64,000 nt of DNA from Chrysomallon squamiferum. Lineage: Eukaryota; Animalia; Mollusca. Below the pieces are notes generated by a model. The model was given only the letters and a program-made list of their open reading frames with translations, did no database searches and was not told the DNA's origin. The stretch lies in contig CM022669.1 of the NCBI GenBank assembly GCA_012295275.1, positions 806,001-870,000 on the forward strand, in the 5' to 3' direction. Positions 55,824 to 64,000 of the stretch are shown piece by piece. Made by a program: the position numbers and the translations under genes. The first letter of the stretch is position 1; each line of letters starts with the position of its first letter.

Positions 55824-58800
55824 CTGAAAACAACAATAACGTCATCATCATTAGCAACAACAACACCATTAACATTAATAATAATAACAAGATTTATAAT
55901 TACAATAAAGATAACAACAAAATCCAAAGGGGAACAAAATAGGGGAAAAATAATAAAAAAAATAAATTAAAAAAAAAAAAAAACCAATGAAACTAACAAA
56001 AACAACAATAACAATAATTAAAATAATAATAATCGAAGCAGTAGTAGTAATAGTTGGTGCTGATGTTTAGATGTAGTAGTTGTATTTGTAGCGGCCGTGG
56101 TGGTGGTAGTAGTTGTTTCTGTTGTTGCGAGAGGAGGTGTTGTAACAGTTGCTGTCGTCAAAGATCACTGGAATTGGGTTTTTGTTTTAATGTTTTTTCA
56201 GAAACCTCTGTTATTCTGTTTATTAATGAAGAAAGAACACGTACAGGCATTCAACAAAACAGCACAAAATTTACATCAAATGCAAAACGTCACCATAAAA
56301 CAGTGCCAAACATTACTGACCAACTGATACGACAGAAACACGTGCGCACAACGTAAACGTAGAAGCACGTGATCTGCGCGTTATACGTGCCCGTGCATTA
56401 CTGACAAACACTGTGAATGTTCAGAGAGAAGATGCGTCACGTATTACTGGAATATTCATAATGTTATCTGTGTGAAATATTCTGTGTCAGAATACAGAGA
56501 GTGTGTGTCTGTCTCGTCTTCTCGTCTTTTAAACGCTGCAGGTTCTGTCACGTGGCAGACACAGAACAATGAACACGTTTCTTCTCCACTGTTTGCTGTG
56601 TTGATCAGAGTTTGTGGTTTGTGTTAGTTTTCATACACTGCGCAAATATCAAAATATCGTCAGACATTGACAGCATCATTGTGTATTTGACTGTTGTAAT
56701 TTTGTTCAAGTATTTTTATTTTATTTTTCTGTACATCTCCATCCATCAGAAGAATAGAAAGAAAGACAGAGAGACAGACAGAAGCAAAAAGTTGAGAAAA
56801 ATGAATTAAATACACATGTAATACAAAGGCAGATGCATTCAGATATTCAGACAGATAACTGTTTTACATCTGAGCTTATACAGAGAATTAAAAATAGATT
56901 AATAATACACACATAATCACAGACAGAAGACTGCCGTAATAAAATGAATGTTAAAATGAATATTAAAATACATGTTAATATTGTCAGTTTAAGCGTTCAC
57001 AAAGACATCAAACTTTCATTTCAGATTTCATACTCAGTGAAAACTACTCGTGCTAACAAAAAAAATTATTTCGTATAAGATACATTTAGATATACAACAA
57101 CAGGATAGTAATGAAACATGAATTTGTTGGTCGTTTTCTTCTGGAATGTTAACTAATTTCAAGCTGTTAGTGAATTATTTACTTCAATGTGCATTTGGCT
57201 CTCAACAAATCATAGTCATCACTTCAAATCCGTCCCTTTGCTCCTGTGATTTAACACACAGGTGTCTGTGTTTTTCTCATTTCAAGTGTTGTGAATCATT
57301 AACAGGAAAGGAGAGTCGATGTTGATTAGGAATGTGTGTGTGTGTCTGTGCGTGCGTGCGTGTGTGTGTGTTTGTGTGCGTGCATATTTGTGACTGTTTT
57401 ATATATTACATTTGTATTGTTTTTCTTATTCTTGCTTTTAGAGTTTGTTAAATACAAGATTTATTTCATATCCAAAATAACCTTGAGAATCCAATTCTAC
57501 ATTCTTTGTTATTCTTAACAAACAAAAATAAACTCTGTGTTTGTTGTTAGTAGGGAAGTGATTTTTCATATGACATGTCCAGCCTTTGGTATCTCTCTTT
57601 TTCTACAATGTCCTGTTTGTGTTCTCTACCTTTGTTCTCTGTCTGCTTTTTAGTTTACCGTTTAAAGACGAGTTTTTGTTGTTAATCTGTTTGACATTGA
57701 ACTTTGTTGTTCGTGTCCCTTAATGAGTAGACCAGCTTTGAGTACACTTGTTGTCAAACACTGCTAGTCCGTTGTAATGCGGAACACGTCCTCGGGATCG
57801 GTATTGGCTGACTGACCAATAGAAACTGATCTGGAGATAGGAAGGGGAAATAACTCCGTGTGATGATAAGAAAGATAATCTGACTTCAAATATTTCGTGT
57901 AAACATAATTTAAAACTGGGTTTATGGAAAGACTAACATGAGACTATTAACCCAGATGACCATCCTGTGTTTCGTTTTCATCAAAAAAGAAAAGATATTT
58001 TCAAGTCTAAGAATTTTCTTGTCATCTTGATACGACCCTGGAGCCAGTCTTCAAAGTCTGTGATTTTGGAAACCCAAAATAAATTTAAACATAATTTGTG
58101 TGTGTAAAGTATTAAACAGGTCTTTATAACCATCCATTTTGGCCTCCCAGTGTTTGGCTCCACAGAAATCTTCTGGTATTCTAGGCGAAACATTTTATTT
58201 TTGATGAGATGTTGTTTGTTTTTTAATATTGTCTAATAACTCTTTTTTCAAAACTTTGTATTATTTAGAGGTTACATCAAGGCTGGACTTGATAAGCTAT
58301 TTGAAACATTAACTACGAGACGTCTGCATACACACCACTGTTTGGTTTGACTTGTTGTGACAACATAAAGAGAGAAGAGAAATGAAAACTATTAATTCTA
58401 CAAATTAATCTAATTCTAATTAAACAGAATAACACTGATTTTTAAACAACAACAACAACAATAAACAGTGTCTATTTTTAGAATAAAATATTTTATTAGC
58501 ATAAAGTCGGTTTGTTTGACTGACCTCCAGGAAGGTCAACATTCTGTTGTGAAGAAATTTATTAAATGTTTCTCTGTGTTCACAAGTGAGATGAAAAAAA
58601 AAAAAAAAACAAACAAACAAAAACAGTACAAAAAAACAACAACAGTATAATGTATGTGTAGTAATATGTTCTTTTTCTCTGCGTATTAAAAGAAACATTT
58701 CATTTACACAGAGGCATCTCACTATAACGGTATTAGACAGTCAGTGAAACAAGACTCTAAAACAAGAATATTGTGTTTAATAGTTTGTATAGTGATTACT

Positions 58801-58917
58801 CAGTAATACAAAAGATGTTTTATATATGCACCTACCTATAAACAGGAAAACACACAAATTTGACAAACTAGTCGCGAAGCTCGAATAGGCCAATAGAGAG
58901 ACCTGATGAATCAACAT

Positions 58918-58960
<43 letters not shown>

Positions 58961-58996
58961 TTGTTTTCATAATTTATTTTATATTATCATTAGTAT

Positions 58997-59049
<53 letters not shown>

Positions 59050-60735
59050 TGTTTATTGTTGTTGTTATTCGAGCAAAGATAATAACTGTTGGTGAAACAT
59101 TCGTGTCAAACTTTGCTGTGATATATTCTACCGCAATTACCTAGAAATAATTCATATGTCCGCAAATTTGTTTTATTCTGTACTTTATTATTAGAAAAGA
59201 CTGCGTGCGAGTCAAATTATTTATTTAATAAATTTTACATATCAGAGGATTATCGAAATCAGTCCAAAAGAAAAAAAACAACGGATTTAATAAGTCCAGA
59301 ACAAAAAATATGCGATGACCTTGACAAAGAAAGAAAAACAGAAGAGCATTCGCAATTAGTGAATAATCTTTTAAATGATAAAGCATTCAGTCCTATTTTT
59401 GGTCGCTGCTCTTGGGAATAGATTTAACGTTCGGCGTTTACGTGACCTGCTGAGCAAGTGTTACGACGCGAGGCTTCTTAACCTCGATTTGATAACTCAA
59501 CCTGGCACCGAACACACAGATGTTAAAAACAAAGATGTAACCTGGCAACTGAACAAACCTCACAAACATGTTGTTTTCTGAGACGTATTAGCAGCATCAA
59601 AGTCTCACGTAAAGTCAGATACTGGAAGCTTATTTTTATTTACAAGTAGTTATTCAAAGGATTTGTAAATATAATTTTGGCAAGATGAAGGCCAAGGTTT
59701 TTCGATTTTTTTATTTTTAATTTAACTATTATTATTGTTTTCGTTTGTTGGTGTTGTTGTTTGTTACTATTTTTATCTTTTTACATTAGATTTCAGGCAT
59801 TAAAAACCTGTCGCAGAGAACAAGTTCAAACAGGAAGTAAGCCAGTGCGCAGGTCATGCAGCACGGAGTTCGCCGCGTGTGTAAGTGTGTTCATGAGTTT
59901 GTTTGTTTGTTTGTTAGTATTGTTATTATTATTATTATTATTATTACTATTATTATTATTATTATTACTATTACTATTATTATTATTATTATTGTTATTA
60001 TTGTTGTTTATTATTGTTATTATTATTATTATTAATTTTATTATTACAGTTTATTATTACGTAATTCCTCATTTTACAGTTCACACGTACTTCCTCATGT
60101 TTCGTCCACAAAGGAAGACATTTATCGGGTGACATATTTCTTGTGTGCAGGTAAAAATACGCTCGCGCTAAGAAAACATGGCAACTGCTTGTTACTCAGA
60201 ACGATTTCTCTCTATCCTTCCGTCCGTTAATCCGTCCATTAATCCGTCCATTAATCCGCCCGTTAATCCGCCCGTTAATCCGTCCTTTGTCGTTCTCTAC
60301 CCACAATTTCAGGGCAATTTAAGTGTTAAAGGAGATAATTTCACATATTCTTTAACGATGTTTTCTGTGATTTTTTCTTTTTTTCCCCGTTTTATTCCCT
60401 GCTTAGCAATAATGTGTAAAACTGCTGTTATGTAATAAAGTAACCTTTATAGGCAGACAAGACGGTTACCTGGACAGAGCGGCTACGACAGGCGTGCTTT
60501 AATTTGTTGTCACCAAATTAACCGAAATTTTTGAAAAGTATATAGATTCTGGCACAACACGATTTTGGAAATAATATTGTATGACCACCGCACTTGTATT
60601 TGAACTGTCAGTGAAATAAAGAAAACAAAAGTGATTGAAATAATATATTTTATAATATATTTTATAATTCGTATTTCGATTTGAAGAAAGACATCATCAG
60701 TCAATGCTAAAATGTTTATTATTTATTTATTTATT

Positions 60736-60807
<72 letters not shown>

Positions 60808-61695
60808 GTAAAGAATAAAAATTTTCAAAAATAGAAATTACCTTCGTTCTCATTCTTATTAATCATTCTTTTTTTGGAAACAAAAAACAGAAAGAAAGTT
60901 AAACATAGATATGTAAATAGATATACACAGATATGTAAATAGTATACACAGATATGTAAATATCATGCACAGATATGCAAATAGTCTTGTCAAAGCTTTG
61001 TATCAGTCTGACTATGCAGTTATCTCTATGTAACGAGTGATGACGAATACTTTGAAATCCAGGCTGACTGTGAGTTTAAACTGTGCATTAGGTCAGCGCT
61101 AACAAGATATAAATGTCAACCGATGTGCAAGTCTTTCTGTTTCGTTGTTTTCTTGTTGTCTTCTTTTTTCTTTTTCTTTTTGTCTTTGTTTTTTCTTTTT
61201 TCTATATTTTTTTTATTTTTTTTATTTTTGCCGGTTTATTTTATATTTAATTATTTATTTATTTATTTATTACATCTGTTTTCTTTTGTTTTCTTTTATT
61301 CAAAATGTTTTATTTTATTTTAATATCACTGTAGACATTAATACAAGTATAAAGTTTCAGAAGTTGCTGTGTGTTCAGTGTTTAACTGTTATAAAATAAA
61401 CACGCAGTGATAACACGTCTAAACACAAAAATCACTTGTTTGGCAATTTTTTCATTTTCTGTCGGGTGTTAATACTTTATTTTGAACCTCGCTATAATTC
61501 ACATGTTCAGATTCGCAGGTTTGTCTCAGCAAATCTCTCGCATTATCCGCTTTGTCTGCTTTTCATAGGACTTACCACCATGCTGCGAGTTTTTAAATAG
61601 CCCTTTACTCTTACCCGGTCACGTGAGAGCTAAATTAGGTAACACGTTTAAACACTTTGAAAACAGCTTTGCGGAAAGCTAATTAAAGAAACGTA

Positions 61696-62199
61696 TTTTA
61701 TTTGTCTGGTATCAGATAAAGTCTTTGTTATTTCTCTAATCTGATGTGAGGTTTGATATTTTATTTGTCTGGTATCAGATAAAGTCTTTGTTATTTCTCT
61801 AATCTGATGTGAGGTTTGATATTTTATTTGTCTGGTATCAGATAAAGTCTTTGTTATTTCTCTAATCTGATGTGAGGTTTGATATTTTATTTGTCTGGTA
61901 TCAGATAAAGTCTTTGTTATTTCTCTAATCTGATGTGAGGTTTGATATTTTATTTGTCTGGTATCAGATAAAGTCTTTGTTATTTCTCTAATCTGATGTG
62001 AGGTTTGATATTTTATTTGTCTGGTATCAGATAAAGTCTTTGTTATTTCTCTAATCTGATGTGAGGTTTGATATTTTATTTGTCTGGTATCAGATAAAGT
62101 CTTTGTTATTTCTCTAATCTGATGTGAGGTTTGATAGTTTATTTGTCTGGTATCAGATAAAGTCTTTGTTATTTCTCTAATCTGATATAAGGTTTGATA
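61696..62199. repeat. 63-bp near-perfect minisatellite, 8 copies
   Basis: 63-bp period; gives the 21-aa repeat ORF 61648-62268. Confidence 0.95.
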
Positions 62200-62307
62200 C
62201 GCTAATTCAACATGTCTGGATGTGCGTTGAACATGATATTGCAGCTGTATGTACCTGTGTACGCTCATGTTGTTTGGTTATATTTTTCATTGTTTTTTTC
62301 TCTGGGG

Positions 62308-62374
<67 letters not shown>

Positions 62375-64000
62375 CATACATACATATCTATCTATCTATC
62401 TCTCTCTATATATATATATTGTCTGATTCATTATTATTATTATTTTGTTGTTTTTTATTAGTTTTTTTTCTTTACGATGTCACATGTAAAAACATTGTTT
62501 TCGTGCTAATCTCATATGTCATAAAAGCTTTCTAACTTAGGAGGTCAGCAGATCGTAGAAAGCTTCTAAATGTATAGTTCACTTCTATGTTGAAAATAAC
62601 TGAAATGTAACTGATAAAAACTTGTTAAAACAGTTGCTGCACAAGTTAGCATGATTGCAAGCATTCAGTGCACGAGCAGTTTTTTAAACACATTCCAGTT
62701 GCTGTACCGACTAGTTTCAAGTGAATGCGTTTTCACTGTGGCTAACAAACACATATCCAGTAATATGTACAGTTAGGATGGACAGCGCTGGAATAATAAT
62801 AAATAAATAAAAATAATACAAAAATTTAAACCCAGTTACTCGGAAAATAAGAAGTTATTAACGTATGAAGAATTTAAAGACATTGCAAAAAGATTGCAAC
62901 AAGACGACAAATAGAAGTTTGTAAAATAAATATCAAAGCTGAACAATGGGCTTAGTTCTCCGTGATTACAAAAACCATTGATGTGTGTGTATGTGTGTGT
63001 GTGTCTGTGTGTGTGTCTGTGTGTATGTTTGTGTGTCTGTGTGTGTCGGTGTGTGTGTGTGTGTGAATACACGCACATCTAGAGACAATTGGGCAGGTGG
63101 TCAGATCGGTATTTATGTAAAGAGAATGCTTGTCACTGTTCTGTTCTATGAATATGACAAAAGCTGCAGGCCAGAGTTAGAGAGCTGTATGATCTACTCT
63201 TAGCCACGTTTTATGAATTTAACCTGATTTCAACCTCAAATCATAAAAACAAACCTTGCTGAAAAAAATATACCATCTTGTTTAGTTCACTTTTTTTTTG
63301 TTTACCTTCGTATAAATTTAGTGAGAAGAAAAAGAAATAATATTATGAAATATAATTTATCCTTATGAAGGTTAGAAAAGTAAAATAAGATAAAATATAG
63401 AGTTAAATTGAATACAAAAGAAAAAAGAAAGAAAAAGAAAAAAGTACAATAATGTACAAGAAGAGAAAGAATATAATATATAACAGTGAAATTTTTATTT
63501 GTGATATTACTAAAACGTCTTGTTCCAAACCTCGTATTCATGTGATTTACAACTGGTTTCCAGATTTAGCGGCTTGCACAAATGAAGATCGCGGAACTAC
63601 AAAGTCGCTAGTCTAAGAATATCGATATAAACTGATTGATTGATTCGAGAAATAATAAAATCAGTGATAGTCCTTTCTTCACTACTGATGTTTTGTATAA
63701 CAAAATTTCATTAGTACATGAAATAATAATAATAACTGTAATTTGTCTTATTACGTTATACGTTTCATTAACGAATTAAAACATAATTTTAGATCTGTAT
63801 TATGAAATCTTCAGTGACAAAAATAATTAATCTGAGAGTTAATAATAGTATCAGTAATAAAACTAGACTTCTAGATGTAGCCTTAGCGTTTTCTCATTTC
63901 ATTCAGAATTCATTGGCAAATATTTCTTAACCGCGGGGACTAAAACGCGTCATTCTAAAAGTGATCTTGTGCCGGAAATGTACTGCGGATGTGTTACGAC

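Noticed and set aside
57540-58200. Complex non-repetitive stretch with a 70-aa minus-strand ORF, possibly a decayed transposon
   Set aside because: No recognisable transposase or reverse transcriptase motif and no termini; a database search would be needed.
61648-62268. 206-aa ORF with a 21-aa repeat
   Set aside because: Near-perfect DNA-level 63-bp repeat without synonymous divergence.

Overview
AT-rich, microsatellite-dense animal genomic DNA; probably a lophotrochozoan such as a mollusc (inferred from gene content, not established). It holds three class A orphan GPCR genes, each coded by one exon: one on the minus strand (5585-6541) and a recent ~2.5 kb tandem pair on the plus strand with identical proteins (17557-18492, 20069-21004). 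A complete animal-type chitin synthase on the plus strand can be assembled by hand from 12 coding exons (26337-40033, 4758 nt, 1585 aa, all GT-AG introns, phases consistent, catalytic motifs intact, no myosin head). A convergent minus-strand gene encodes a Ser/Thr-rich single-pass membrane protein (last exon 47022-49623, 5' end unresolved). The most unusual structure is chitin synthase intron 34490-36110. It consists almost entirely of ~28 tandem copies of its own 3' splice junction (GTT tract, CAG, first 10 codons of the next exon). This gives 27 decoy acceptors, six in frame with the exon, each with a branch-point-like and a donor-like motif. A possible second acceptor array lies at 52751-53283. 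Most other long ORFs are repeat artefacts. No rRNA, tRNA, CRISPR array or intact transposon was recognised.
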